NCBI GenBank assembly: GCA_951406725.2
Contig: OX597829.1
Span: 21,266,001 to 21,330,000, forward strand
DNA length: 64,000 nucleotides
Direction of reading: 5' to 3'
Origin: Octopus vulgaris
Lineage: Eukaryota
In this document: piece after piece, positions 38,360 through 51,777 of the stretch
How positions within the stretch are numbered: position 1 is the stretch's first letter
How the letters are laid out: each line of letters starts with the position of its first letter
The notes under the pieces: model-generated
The model's input: only the letters and a program-made list of their open reading frames with translations
Databases searched by the model: none
What the model was told of the DNA's origin: nothing
Program-made: the position numbers and the translations under genes

Positions 38360-39296
38360 CAGGGCGGATTAAGATCCACCGAGGCTCTAAGCACTTAAAA
38401 GATTTTGGTACCCCCCATAAAAGATTATGTAATCTATATATATAAAACTGTAGTTGTGTGAGTGTCTGTCTCCTACGATTTAGATTCCTAACTACTCCCA
38501 CATTTTGCGGTGCAGTTTAACCAAATTCGGGTATCTTATAGTCGTGATTAATATAAAGCCCGTCTGGCTATTAGCGCGCGTCTACGATGAGTCTACGATT
38601 TTAAAAATAATTTAACATCATTTTTTATTCCATTTTAATGCATAATTTTTCGTGTGTCGATGGCGGCGGAGTTGGCGTCCATGCTCACACCTGCACCTGT
38701 GTTGCTTCTCCCCCTTCTTCCCTCCCTCGTGAAGCTGTGGGGAAGGGAGTGTAAGGAAATCAACGTCGTAAAGCGTTGTCAAGGAGACCAGCGTTCTTTT
38801 AGAACAACGACTTCATGGCTTGAAGACACCAAAACAGAAATGGCTAAGAAAGCCCGAATTGGCATCTATAAAGGAAGTAACTCTCTAAAAATGCTTATAT
38901 AGTTATTTCCCTTACAAACCCGAGCAACGCCGGGCGATACTGCTAGTTCAAAATATAAACAACGACAAACCATAAAATAAATTTTTAGTTTTCAAAACAA
39001 AACAGTAAGATGGAAAATAATGTTTATTTTTTTGTCTACTTCCACTTTATTTATATTTGAAAAGTTTCCTCCTACTTTTTTGAATTGCAAAATCTTTGAT
39101 CAGATCCTCAAAATTAATCTTAGGTAACACATCTGCTTCGATACTAGGTAGAGATAAAGGCATCCCGAATATTATTTTAGCAGGTTTAAAGTAATTTTAT
39201 TTATGCCGTAAACCATTTACTATTTCTGTTGTGTTCCCTCCTTCCCTTGATGCCCTAAGCACGTGCTTATTTTGCTTATTGGTTAACCCAGCACTG
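38360..39296 (-). mobile_element. hAT-derived deletion element (hosts the second Helitron)
   Basis: TIRs cagggcggattaa / ttaacccagcactg, 8-bp TSD tgtgcagg / tgtacagg, minus-strand hAT C-terminal remnant LSLPSIEADVL/KINFEDLIKDFAIQKSRRKLF near 39060-39160. Confidence 0.75.
38433..38946 (+). mobile_element. Non-autonomous Helitron with a different internal segment
   Basis: A|TCtatatatataaaa...cccgagcaacgccgggcgatactgCTAG|T. The first 190 bp or so and the 3' end match 37662-38062. Confidence 0.88.
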
Positions 39297-39621
39297 TGTA
39301 CAGGTTGTTGTTCAGCAAGAAATTACAGAACTGTCTTTCTGGGATCGAAGGATCATCATTAATATTAGTATTAGTATCGCAAAATGATTTATAGTACTTA
39401 GTCACTTCAATTTACTTTAAAAATTTGTAATAGATAAAAAAAAAAACTGGTATTAATACAGAACAAGTACAAAGAAAAGTGGTATTATGCAGAAAATTGG
39501 TATGACAGAGAAAACATTTATTGGGTAGGAAACTGGTATAATATAGAAAACAGATTTAGGGGTGTGTGTGTGTGTGTGTGTGTGTGTGTACATACTTAAG
39601 TTGGGTTAAATATTATTAGAA

Positions 39622-40154
<533 letters not shown>

Positions 40155-40448
40155 AATATTATTAGAAGTTTTACATTAAGAAATGAATCGTACAATTTGC
40201 TGTAACTCAGACCTATGCATGGTCTCAGCTGGCGAAATGGAAAAGGTGTTGCCGGAGGATGGCGAAAGAGATGCGCCGGAACAGTCACTCTGACTCATGG
40301 GGCTTGCACCTGCGGATAGCCATCTCTGCACCGATAGGGGTGAGCATGGATATGGTCCGGGGGTCGAGAACGCCGGAGGCCTCCAAATGCCACCGGCTCG
40401 ACCATAAAACCTATCAGATATCAGAGAGCGACCGGTACTATGACAGTC

Positions 40449-40674
40449 GAGCTGGCAGAACCGTTAGCACGCCGGGCGAAATGCTTAGCGGTATTTCGTC
40501 TGCCGCTACGTACTGAGTTCAAATTCCGCCGAGGTCGACTTTGGCTTTCATCCTTTCGGGGTCGATAAATAAAGTACCAGTGAAACACTGGGGTCGATAT
40601 AATCGACCTAATCCCTTTGTCTGTCCTTGTTTGTCTCCTCTGTGTATAGCCCCTTGTGGGTAGTAAAAAAAAAA
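40449..40674 (+). mobile_element. SINE family B, young copy with tail type ii and a 15-bp TSD
   Basis: TSD ggtactatgacagtc at 40434-40448 and 40675-40689. Tail tgtctgtccttgtttgtctcctctgtgtatagccccttgtgggtagt(A)n. Confidence 0.92.
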
Positions 40675-40863
40675 GGTACTATGACAGTCTGCTTTTCTCA
40701 GCCTGATGAGAAGCGGAGCCTTTTTTTTTTTTTTACATTTAAGAGCACGAATTTCCCCGAAATCAACTTTGTCTTTCCAAGATCATTAAAATAAAGTAAC
40801 CCGTTGACGCTACAAATTGTAGTTTTTGGCTCGTTGGTTCACAAGATAATTCCCAACTCTATA

Positions 40864-41057
40864 CTCTTTTACTTGTTTCAGTCATTTGACTGCGGCCATG
40901 CTGGAGCACCGCCTTTAGTCGAGCAAATCGACCCCGGGACTTATTCTTTGTAAGCCCAGTACTTATTCTATCGGTCTCTTTTTGCCGAACCGCTAAGTTA
41001 CGGGGACGTAAACACATCAGCATCTGTTGTCAAGCAATGCTAGGGAGACAAACACAG

Positions 41058-41090
<33 letters not shown>

Positions 41091-41252
41091 CGACAGGCTT
41101 CTTTCAGTTTCCGCCTACCAAATCCACTCACAAGGCATTGGTCGGCCCGGGGCTATAGCAGAAGACACTTGCCCAAGATGCCACGCAGTGGGACTGAACC
41201 CGGAACCATGTGGTTGGTTAGCAAGCTACTTACCACACAGCCACTCCCGCGT
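40864..41252 (-). mobile_element. SINE family A, young full-length copy
   Basis: Reverse complement of 25444-25849. Confidence 0.92.
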
Positions 41253-41561
41253 CTATATACTGTAAGAATACCGGTTCTAATAACAATGACAACTGTTTCT
41301 GATTTAGACACATCCTAGATGCAGATGGAATTATAATAGAATATTGAGACACAACGTTATCTATGATACCTATCAACAGGGCGATTTCTATTTTATCCCC
41401 AATTCATAACCGATGCACGGGCTCGTGGTGCACCTGAGCACTGTATACAATAATTTCATTATTATTATTATTTATTATATAAATTGTTCATCAATTCCTT
41501 CCATCCTGTTGTTTATTGCCTACAGCAGTGAACTTATAACCACTTGTGGGGAATATTTTAC

Positions 41562-41625
<64 letters not shown>

Positions 41626-41787
41626 GGGGGCGGTGGTGGTGCTATTTCTTGCTTTTAACTCTAGGTGAACTGTAATCGAGCAGACCCATGCAGGTCATAA
41701 GAGTTCATCTTTTATTCAAACTGCTTCAGGCCATTTCGTCCCTGGCATCTTTTCTTTCTTGCTTCAAGACGGTAGGTAGGATATATA

Positions 41788-41932
41788 CCGTATTTTAACG
41801 TGTATAAGGAACCCTTTTTCGTCAAAAATTAGGTTTAAAAAATATCGGAGTTTCTTATACATGGATAGTATTATAATGCCTTACAAAAACGTTCCTTTTA
41901 CACGAGGGCTCCTTATACACGTTAAAATACGG
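41788..41932. mobile_element. pogo/Tc2-type MITE
   Basis: Perfect 23-bp TIRs ccgtattttaacgtgtataagga / tccttatacacgttaaaatacgg with a TA TSD. Confidence 0.88.
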
Positions 41933-42523
41933 TAATTTTGAGAGATATTTAGCTGTTATTTCTAGCAGATTGAGAGACCAGGTAAAGGCACCCTCGATAT
42001 TTTAGTCATGGGTTAAGTGTTTTGACCAACAACAACGAAGTCAGCGCGCGTACCCCTTCAGTGATAGAAGAATTACAGACGCTGACTTCTCAGTTCTGTA
42101 GAGATTCGCATATCTGGGCTCCGGATAAAGGGTTGTTCTTTGAATCAGATAGAGAAACACTCATTCAAAACTCGTGAGATATTTGCAGTTACTCCTTAGC
42201 TTGAACATCTCAAAGTCAATGAGCAAAAATGTCGTAGGTGTGAACAGATTTCATTTGTATAGGGCAAAAGGAAATTGGTTCGGCAAAGTGTTTCGTGTGC
42301 TCTTTGAGATGCATGAAAAAGAGGAGAGATGCACCTATCTGAAGGCACGATGCATCTATCTGAAAGCAAATGTCTATCTAATTTAAGAACAGAGGCCGTT
42401 TTAGTAGTGTCGATGAATGTAGTTAAAGAGCAATATTGTCAATGAGTGAATGACGAGTCGCAGATTTTTAAGTGTCACGCAATGAACTTTGAAAAAATCT
42501 TCTCACAGTGATGTCATGTTATA

Positions 42524-43791
42524 ACTAGGAAAACACTCGGAGAGCGTTGACCTCCGCCAAGCATGCTGAAAATCGCCCAATTTCCCAAACCAACGCTGGC
42601 AAAAACATAACAGAGATACTATTTTATCCTCCTCCCATACTTATCTCGACCTTCATCATCATCAACACTGTCTTTGTCTTCACCACAATTACCGTCAAAA
42701 CTACGATCACCACAATCAGTTTCTCTACACAGTTGAAAATCCATTATCCGATACTCATGGGACCGAGATTGTTGCAGATTTTTGATTTTTCTAATTTCGG
42801 ATTGCTTTATTAAAACCAGGTCTAACTAAACACAATAGCTTATAGATATACTTTGAATGTAGTTCTATATAAATCTCTAATATTTTTTTTAATACTTAAG
42901 ACCATCAGAAATGTTAAGATATCAGCTTCTACCTATGTTGTCATGCTTTGATTAAAAGGTTACAGCACAGATTAGATTACTTAGATAAGTTTCGGCCAAA
43001 GTTGACTCAGGCTATGTCTAATTTAATAGCACCACCTGGAAGTGATACACAGTCAGCTCTGGGGAAGCGTAGCCCATTCAAGCAGAGAGTTATTGTTTTC
43101 AGAGACATATCAGAGTGTCGGTGGTTTATCTGGTATTTATTGTGGGTAATCATCTAGGGATCGTTTGAATACTGTGCAGTCACTTTCCTCCTTTATGTGT
43201 GTCTGGCACGATGTTGAAGAGAACAGGGCCAATTGAGGTGAAGTAGTTCTGTCATAGTGTTGTGAGATGACATGAACATTTCTGTAGTGGACGGATGGTA
43301 TGGGGGCCAAGCCTCGGGTGAATTTTAAAGATGGGTAATGTTGATGGAATATTTTCCACATAATACAGATGATATAGAGCTCACAGCGGCGGTGGAGAGA
43401 GCAAAGCCTGAGCTTTTTGAGTCGATCCCAATAGTCAAGGCTTGTCATGTCATCCTCCGCAGACCTCCGCCAAGCAGCTCATTTTAAGATAGATACACGA
43501 GTAAAATTACTAACAGAGAAACGAAAAATAAACTTTTGAAACAACAAAGCCACCATAGAACGTAACATTGTAATACTTCATGTAAAGTAAATATAACAAA
43601 TAAAAAATCCTTCAAGAATCCATTAAATTCCTGGATCACTACCAAAAGTTCATCATCTGTTCCTTGTGTCATTACCAACTTTTCCTGCAAGTTTCACGAA
43701 ATACCATTCACAACTTTTTGGGCTATTTTGCACACAGACGGACAAACCAACGCCGATGAAAACATAACCTCCTTCCTTGGTGGAGGTAAAA
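42524..43791 (-). mobile_element. Helentron/DINE-1-like non-autonomous element(s) with nested fragments
   Basis: Minus strand starts ttttacctccaccaaggaaggaggttatgtttt..gtttgtccgtctgt. The subterminal inverted copy cttggcggaggtc occurs at about 43462-43474 and 42548-42560. Ends ..ctctccgagtgttttcctagt. Confidence 0.6.
43040..43450 (-). mobile_element. CR1/L2-superfamily LINE 3' remnant
   Basis: LDYWDRLKKLRLCSLHRRCELY..MWKI; FKRSLDDY..IPDKPPT..NNSLLEW, same type as 23698. Confidence 0.78.
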
Positions 43792-44533
43792 AGTTTTCTT
43801 TTTGGCATTTACTTCAAGCTAAAATACATGAATACATATCAGTGACTCTCCAAACAACAGGATTATTAAAGAAATTAAAATTCTTATATGCTGGGTTAAA
43901 AAGGGGTGATATTTTGTCGTGTGATCTACAATGGAGATTACTTTGGGTTACTTTTTAATTGATCTTGTACTTACTTTGTAGTGTAAATGTTTCTTTTTTT
44001 TTTCAAAATTATTACTATTATAATAATAAAAAAGAAACATAATTAAAAAAAGCGCGTAGATCATCCACCGAAGTAAATTTTCTCACGTGGATCACACGGA
44101 AAGTAGCATCAACACAAAGTAAACTAAAGCGTAACCTAAAGTAATTTCCCTTTAAATTGTAGATCACATGCCAAAGTGGCACCCTTCTTTTTCTTTAGAA
44201 ATGATGTGAATTTAGAGCTGGTTTCTTGTAAAAATGCAACTACCTTCGTCTCGCCGCTGATCACATTGTAAAAAGTCTTTAGCCAACATCTAACGGGTGT
44301 TTAGATATTGAAAAGTAAACTAAAAAGTAAACTTAAGTAATCTCCCTTGTAGATCACACACCAAAGTAGCACCTGAAAAGGTTTTTACGACTGAGTAACG
44401 TTTGTATGTGTAACTGCATTTTCTCAGAAAATGAAGTAATACTCTAATGTGCATATGAGCGTTGTAGTAAGACAGCAATTGTAATTAAGATCAAAGTATT
44501 TTCTGATCCCGAGAGGATGCGTAGTCTTCGGTA

Positions 44534-44929
44534 TCTTTTACTTGCTTCAGTCATTAGAACTGTGGTCATGCAGGGGCTCCGTCACGAAAAATTTTTAATC
44601 GAAAGAATCGCTCCCTCTACTTATTTTTCTTTTACGCCTGGTCTTTATTCTATCGGTCTTTTTTGCCGGACCGCTAAGTTATGGGGACGTAAACACACCA
44701 ACACCGGTTGTTATGCGGTGGTGGGGACAAACACACACACACACGCACGCACACACAAACACACGCACACGTATATGATGGGCTTCTTTCAGTTTTCGTC
44801 TACCAAACCCAGTCACAAGGCTTTGGCTAGTCAGAAAAAAAAAACACTTGCCTAAGGTTTCACGCAGTAGGACTGAACGCAGAACAAGGTTGGGAAACAA
44901 GTTTCAGATCTCCACAGCCACGCCTGCGT
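44534..44929 (-). mobile_element. SINE family A
   Basis: Family A motifs on the minus strand. Confidence 0.82.
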
Positions 44930-47519
44930 CAGTGCAATTTTTCGCTTCGGATTGGACTCGTCACTAAAATATAAGAATACTTGTTTCGGGTCTCCAAAAC
45001 AATTGGATTCGTCCCACGACAAAGGATTGAATTTTCAGTTTGAATTTCGATTTGTCTTTGTTTCAAAAAAGCTATGTAACGCCGCAGTTTTTGCTAAGGG
45101 GAAACTAGTAATAACAGGATAAATCTGATCGAGAAAAAAAGAATTATTTATGATATTGAAAAAAATAGAAATGCTTTATTGTTGGTATATTAATCCATAT
45201 CATTTCTTTTGCTGACATTTGCTGGCAACGACGCTTTTGCAATGTGTTAATAATTCTGATCTATGTCTTCACTTTCGATTCCAATTTCTTCACCTCTTCC
45301 CGACTAAATTTCATCTTCATTACAGTGACAAGTCACCATAGTAAGTATTAATACTGAAGATTTGTAGCACAATTCATTGGAATCGTTTTCAGCTGTAGAA
45401 ACTGTGAGAATTAAAAACTGAGTCAAGTCCATATCAGTTGAAACTGATTCAGACTTGACATTTCAAAAATATATAGCCACGTAAACCACCTTTTCGAAAA
45501 CGTATGTCCAATGCCAAAAAATACTGATCATTTTACTTTAACGGTTACTTTAATTTGGTTTCATTCTTATCGTGTATCTCCCAAAATTTGAAATTCTGGA
45601 CCTTGTCTGTTTTCAGTTCTTTTAATTTTGTTCCAATTGTTTTCAAATTTGGTGTTTGGATGTAGTTTTGTATGTTAATTATGGTAGTGAAATTAATTTT
45701 TACCATAATTTAATATATAAAAAGTTAATATCTTTAAAGTTTGAAAATCTGGAGTAACTATAACCAATCGAAAGCTGCAGAGTTCTGACATGCTCCTAGC
45801 TTCTTATTTAGAAATAATTGAAATATCAATTCTTTGTCAACCCAACTGTTATCCAAGTTGTACGAAATACCAAAAACTTTCGGTTTGTATTTCAAAATTT
45901 TAGTGTGCCAATAGTAAACATGAAACAAAAAAATTAAAAAGGTCCCACTCGTCAAATTATAGCATCACTCGAGTCAACGAAATAACATGACCTGCAGAAA
46001 TAACAGTCAGTTACCCCCTGTATCAGCCTCTTCTGTTTTCTTTTAAGGAAACGTTGGATAATGTGTCCAAGATAGATTGTATCTGAAAATCATCTAGTTG
46101 AGATGGCCATAGGTGGAATGCTTTTTATCATTAGTCTGTTTGATCAGAATCAACATCTTATAGCATAGTTACTCACAGGTTTAACGCTATTGTCGGACAC
46201 GACACGAATAATAGGTGATCCATCAAAACAACACTTTTTACCACCTTTTAATTGATGTTTCGTTGTATTAAGTGCATTTGCTAAGAGAGATAACCACCAT
46301 AAATTCCACGTCTCTGATTAAAATCAGATCGAAACTTTTGTCGGAACCACATCTCACTGCTCTACTGTTGAGTTTATTCAAATAAAATATTTTAGACGTT
46401 TTGATCATTCATAATATAATGTGGAGTATTACTGATATACACGTATTTAGCGACGTGAATAACAAGAAACGGAGGTGTGGAAAATAATATAAATACAAAT
46501 ACAGTATGTGATAAAAAGCGTAGAAGAAGCAAAGGTTATTGGGAAGCTTTGTTCAACTAAAAGAAAATCCCCTAAGTAGAAGAATTTTCTCATTATGATC
46601 CTTACGAAAAACCTAGACAATTTACGGTCGTAAAAGTGGCGGGTGCGACTTACAAAGATCGCCTTGGTGAACTTTCATTATAATGTACCATTTCACTTTG
46701 TACCAATCCGTTTGGTAACCCCGAAATTTATTTATTAATTTTGCTGCTGTCAGCTTGTTTGGCATAAGGATTTTTGTCGTTACTTAAGATGGGAGGGTGT
46801 GGTCTTATCAGATTTCCGATGTTTCTTTTTCTTCTTTTTTCTGTGTTGGTATTGAGTCCTTTTGTTCTCTCATTAAGTAAAAGAGGCGAAGTTTCGTTTG
46901 TCGTAGCACACGTTTCCGTCGATTTCCGTAAAAAACTTTTATTTTTTTACATATGGCTTTGCGGGAATATTTGAAGTAATGAGAGCGAAAGAGACTAAGA
47001 GGAAACGATTTTATGACGAGGGAATTTCTTTTTGAAGTCCCCGTGTGTGTGTTTGATGGGGTGTGGGAGACAGACAGTATGTTGTGTAAGTGAAGTGCTT
47101 CTGTTAGTGTGTGCGAAGAGACAGAGAGTAATGTGTGAAAGAGAGAGATAACTGAAATTTTTTACTCGGTGTATGTGTATATGTATGTGTGTATGTGTAT
47201 GTATCTATGTATGTGTGTCTGTGTGTAAGTATGTGTGTATGTATGTATGTATGGCCGTAAAAGAAATTGAAACGAATGAATGGTACATCTAAAGACAGTT
47301 TTCGATAATTAAAAGAATTTGAGCGGAAATAGCGCAATGACACAATGGTTGTGATCAAGTATTTGAAAAAAAAAAAAAATCTGTTGCTAAATATTCTGTT
47401 GTAGTTTATTTCATCGATTTGTTGCTATTCCATAATATAAAATTATTTATTTGTTGTAAATTATGATCGTCAAGCACAGGCCAAAAAATTTCCTTCATCT
47501 GTTTAAAATCCTTCTTATT

Positions 47520-47722
47520 CGATGGCAGACTCGTTAGTACACAGGAAAAAAAAAAATGCTTAGAGGCATTTCGCCAGCCTTTACGTTCTGAGTCTAAATT
47601 CCATCGATGTCGATTTTGCCTTTTATTCTTTCGGGATCGATAAAATTAGTATCAATTGAGGGTCGGTGATACAAACTAGCACCCTTCAAAATTTCAGGCC
47701 TTGTGTTTACAGTAGAAAGAAC
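47520..47722 (+). mobile_element. SINE family B (degenerate, tail i)
   Basis: tggcagactcgttagtac...tttcgggatcgataaa...aaaatttcaggccttgtg. Confidence 0.72.
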
Positions 47723-47743
47723 TACTTACTACTATTGTTATTA

Positions 47744-47792
<49 letters not shown>

Positions 47793-48346
47793 GAGTGAGA
47801 GAGCAGTTCATGCCATCAAAGTGACACTGGGGTAAAATATACGAAGCCCAATATACCTATCATGACTACCCGTCTGATAAAGGTACACCAGGCACATGCA
47901 TCACAACCATATGTGCGCTACATGGTGATCTCATATCAAGATAAACAGCACATGACCTTGCAGGTGGGGCCCAATTAGAATTTTCTTCAGGTTGAGTAGC
48001 CCATCCCACTCAAAAGGTCCCTGAATAAGGGTTGTTTAAGGATGTTGAAAGAACCACCCATGTTTCCAGAGGTGAATTATTCAAACCCCAAAGAATCCCT
48101 CTCAACACATGGCTATGATGCTCCCCCACTACTTCTGATCGTGATCAGAGATGCACATATCGTCAGTCACTAAGGGACATGGTCAACTGGTTATGGTCAA
48201 ACAACTGACAAGCAAATCTGTGGTATTGAGCAGAATATTTGCTGTAGCCCATCTTTTATACCAAGCCAAAACAATGTACATGATAACACTTCCAATCAGT
48301 TAAGATCAGAAGCCATGAGAGCCACTGCCTGGTACTGCATCAAGGC

Positions 48347-48348
<2 letters not shown>
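47793..48348. mobile_element. Element D, full length (556 bp)
   Basis: Both flanks are (ATT)n. High identity to 36112-36667. Confidence 0.9.
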
Positions 48349-48401
<53 letters not shown>

Positions 48402-49268
48402 GTTATTATTATTATTATTATCGATACCGTTCAAAAAAAAAAAAGAATGAATAATTTGTTTTGTGCTTTTACGTGTTAGCTCGGCTTACTAGAAATCGTT
48501 GTAAAATCTCCCGAAAATCACATCTTCGCATTTTAAAGCACAAAAAAAAAAAAAAAAAAAAAGAATGCTTAATTTTCACCCAAAATATCGCCTATGATAA
48601 GTAAGTCAGCCGCAGTCAAATTATTAACATCTGCAGTCTGACAAAATAAAACTGGTATGTTTCAAAAATCTATTTTTTTCGCAGTTAGCAACGGAGTCGT
48701 TATAATTTGATTTTCATATTTTATTGATTAAGAAACGACTGTATTGAGCAAGTATTTGAGCCTCACTTCCCTTTTTTGTAACTTTTCTCCATTTATTTAT
48801 ATCCCCTTTTCTTCTTCTTCATTTATCAGAATACAATGTAAATGAACGGCAAAAGTACATGGAAATAAGAAAGACCACCAACTTAACAACGCCGAAGAAA
48901 AGGAAAACACTTAAAAATTACGACGAAGGATTTTAAGAAAAGTTGATCGAATTAGATCGAATATCGTGTGTAGAGTCTTTGCTTTGTAAGATTTTTGCCT
49001 TAGCTGTTTATTTCTGTCTCTGGACATCCTGACCGCGGCTGTCTGGGCGTGTCTATTGTAGCTGTGAGGAGATGCTCCGTCCCTTGAATAAAATAAAACA
49101 TTTTCTTTTTTAAAAAAAATAAATAGTTAGGCAACTAAACAATCAACCAAATGGTAAATAACTGAGAAAGTTGAAAATAAAACTTAAGAAGTCCAAGTTT
49201 ATTGAGAGGACAAAATATAACACTATGATAATGAATAATTTTGATCGATATATGATTGATTGATTGAT

Positions 49269-49314
49269 TCTAGTTTCAGCTCACGAGCTGTGGCCATGCT
49301 GGGGCACCGCCATT
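49269..49314 (-). mobile_element. Tail-only LINE/SINE 3' end
   Basis: Identical to 6931-6976 but with an (ATCA)n tail. Confidence 0.75.
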
Positions 49315-49379
49315 TCTTACTACTATTTGTACAAATGTTTAATTTTTTAAATTTATTTTTATATTAAAAAAAATAACTA

Positions 49380-49763
49380 TTTACTTGTTTCAGTCATTTG
49401 ACTGCAGCCATGCTGGAGCACCGCCTTTAGTCGAGCAACTCGACCCCGGGACTTATTCTTTGTAAGCCCAGTACTTATTCTATCGGTCTCTTTTGCCGAA
49501 CCGCTAAGTTACGGGGACATAAACACACCAGCATCAGTTGTCAAGCAATGCTAGGGGGACAAGCACAGACACACACACATATACATATATATACATATAT
49601 ACGACAGGCTTCTTTCAGTTTCCGTCTACCAAATCCACTCACAAGGCATTGGTTGGCCCGGGGCTATAGCAGAAGACACTTGCCCAAGATGCCACGCAGG
49701 GGACTGAACCCGGAACCATGTGGTTGGTTAGCAAGCTACTTACCACACAGCCACTCCTGCGCC
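49380..49763 (-). mobile_element. SINE family A, young full-length copy
   Basis: Reverse complement of 25444-25849. Confidence 0.92.
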
Positions 49764-50085
49764 TATAAGAATAAAAATTTACAAGATATCTGAAAATAAA
49801 TATCATTTGATATTTTTGTATATCGAAAGAAAGTACTTGAAAATTAATGAAGTGTTTTTCTTTGATAACTAAAAGTATATTATTGCATCGTACATGAGAT
49901 GTATTTGCAGACGAGGTATTATTAGTTATGGGTGGACACTTGTAGTCTGATCACTTTTACAATAACGCTGGTCACTTTCATGTTCTCATTGTAGTTAGTT
50001 GTCGTCGGCTTTGACATCGTCGTCGTCACCACCACCACCATCACCGGCGGCGGCGGTGCAGTCATCATTATAATCACCAATGCTA

Positions 50086-50655
50086 AGGCGGCGAGCTGGC
50101 AAAAATCATTGTCACGCTGGACGAAATGCTTAGCGGTATTTCGTCTGCCGTTACGTTCTCAGTTCAAATTCCGCCAAGGTCGACTTTGCCTTTCATCCTT
50201 TCGGGGTCGATTAAATAAGTACCAGTTACGCACTAGGGTCGATGTAATCGACTTAATACCTATGTCTGTCCTTGTTTGTCCCCTCTGTGTTTAGCCCCTT
50301 GTGGGTATTTCGTCTGCCGTTACGTTCTCAGTTCAAATTCCGCCAAGGTCGACTTTGCCTTTCATCCTTTCGGGGTCGATAAATTAAGTACCAGTTACGC
50401 ACTGTGTCGATGTAATCGACTTAATCCGTTTGTCTGTCCTTGTTTGTCCCTTCTGTGTTTAGCCCCTTGTGGGCAGTAAAGAAATAGGTATTTCGTCTGT
50501 CTTTATGTTCTGAGTTCAAATTCCACTGAGGTCGACTTTGCCTCTCATCCTTTCAGAGTTGATAAAATAAGTACCAGTTGTGTACTGGAGTCGATGTAAT
50601 CGACTAGTCCCTACTCCAAAATTCCAGGCCTTGTACCTATAAAAGAAAGGATTAT
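50086..50655 (+). mobile_element. SINE B composite: one head and three tandem bodies (two with tail ii, last with tail i)
   Basis: The body restarts at ggtatttcgtctg at about 50135, 50304 and 50487. Confidence 0.88.
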
Positions 50656-51187
50656 AATCACCGATGCTGTTGTCATTTTCATCATCATCATCATCATCAT
50701 TAATGCTATCGTCATTTTCAAGTTCATTTTTCTATGTAAGTTCCAGCACATTTCTTCTTATTTCATTTTGCTGTTGCCCGTACTGCTGTTGGTAATATTT
50801 CCTTAAACCTAACCATTTAGAATCAATTCCTTTTATCCCATTCCTACTTCCATCTTATGCTTTCTTTTGGTACACCACCCCACTTGATTTTTATCAACTT
50901 TCCCAATATATTATTAGAAATTAACAATTAACACACTAAGAATAATGAAAAGGTTGCAAGACGCAACGAAAATTTTAGGAAAATAAAATTAAGAAATAAG
51001 TGGAAATTTTACCAGTGAGTGTGTTAAATTATAAAACACAAAAAGAAAATGACTCTCCTCAGACACAACAGAATTAACACACTATCATTCAAGAAAGCTT
51101 ACCGTTTCATTTTTTTTTTTTACTCATTAGCTATTTAATACATGCTTACAAACATGAAAAAATTCCACTGTGTTGAAAGATCCACAT

Positions 51188-51589
51188 TCTCTTTTACTCT
51201 TTTGCTTGTTTCAGTCATTTGACTGCGGCCATGCTGGAGCACCACCTTTAGTTGAATAAATCGACCCCAGGACTTATTCTTTGTAAGCCTAGTACTTATT
51301 CTATCAGTTTCTTTTTGCTGAACCGCTAAGTAATGGGGATGTAAACACACCAACATCAGTTGTCAAGCAGTGTATATATATATATATATATACAACACAT
51401 GGACTTTGTCAGTGAACAGGTCGCGGATTTTAGCGACGAAAATATTTTGACAAATTAAACTTAAATGTTGAAGTGAATCGAACGGCTTTTGTGTGTTTCT
51501 TAAATGGCTTATAAACACCTTCCACGCTGCAATTGTTTTCGTTTCAGCACACGATCTCAGATCAAATTACTTGCTATGCGAGTACATCT

Positions 51590-51644
<55 letters not shown>

Positions 51645-51777
51645 ACTTCTTTCAGTTTCCGTCTACCAAATCCACTCACAAGGCTTTGGTCGGCCCAAGA
51701 CTATAGTAGAAGACACTTGCAGAAGGTGCTACGCAGTGGGACTGAACCTGGAACCATGTGGTTGGGAAGCAAGCTTC
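51188..51777 (-). mobile_element. SINE family A split by insertions; head resumes at 53231-53270
   Basis: Family A motifs, an unclassified insert of about 190 bp (51398-51592) in its microsatellite, and a duplicated tgggaagcaagcttc. Confidence 0.85.
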
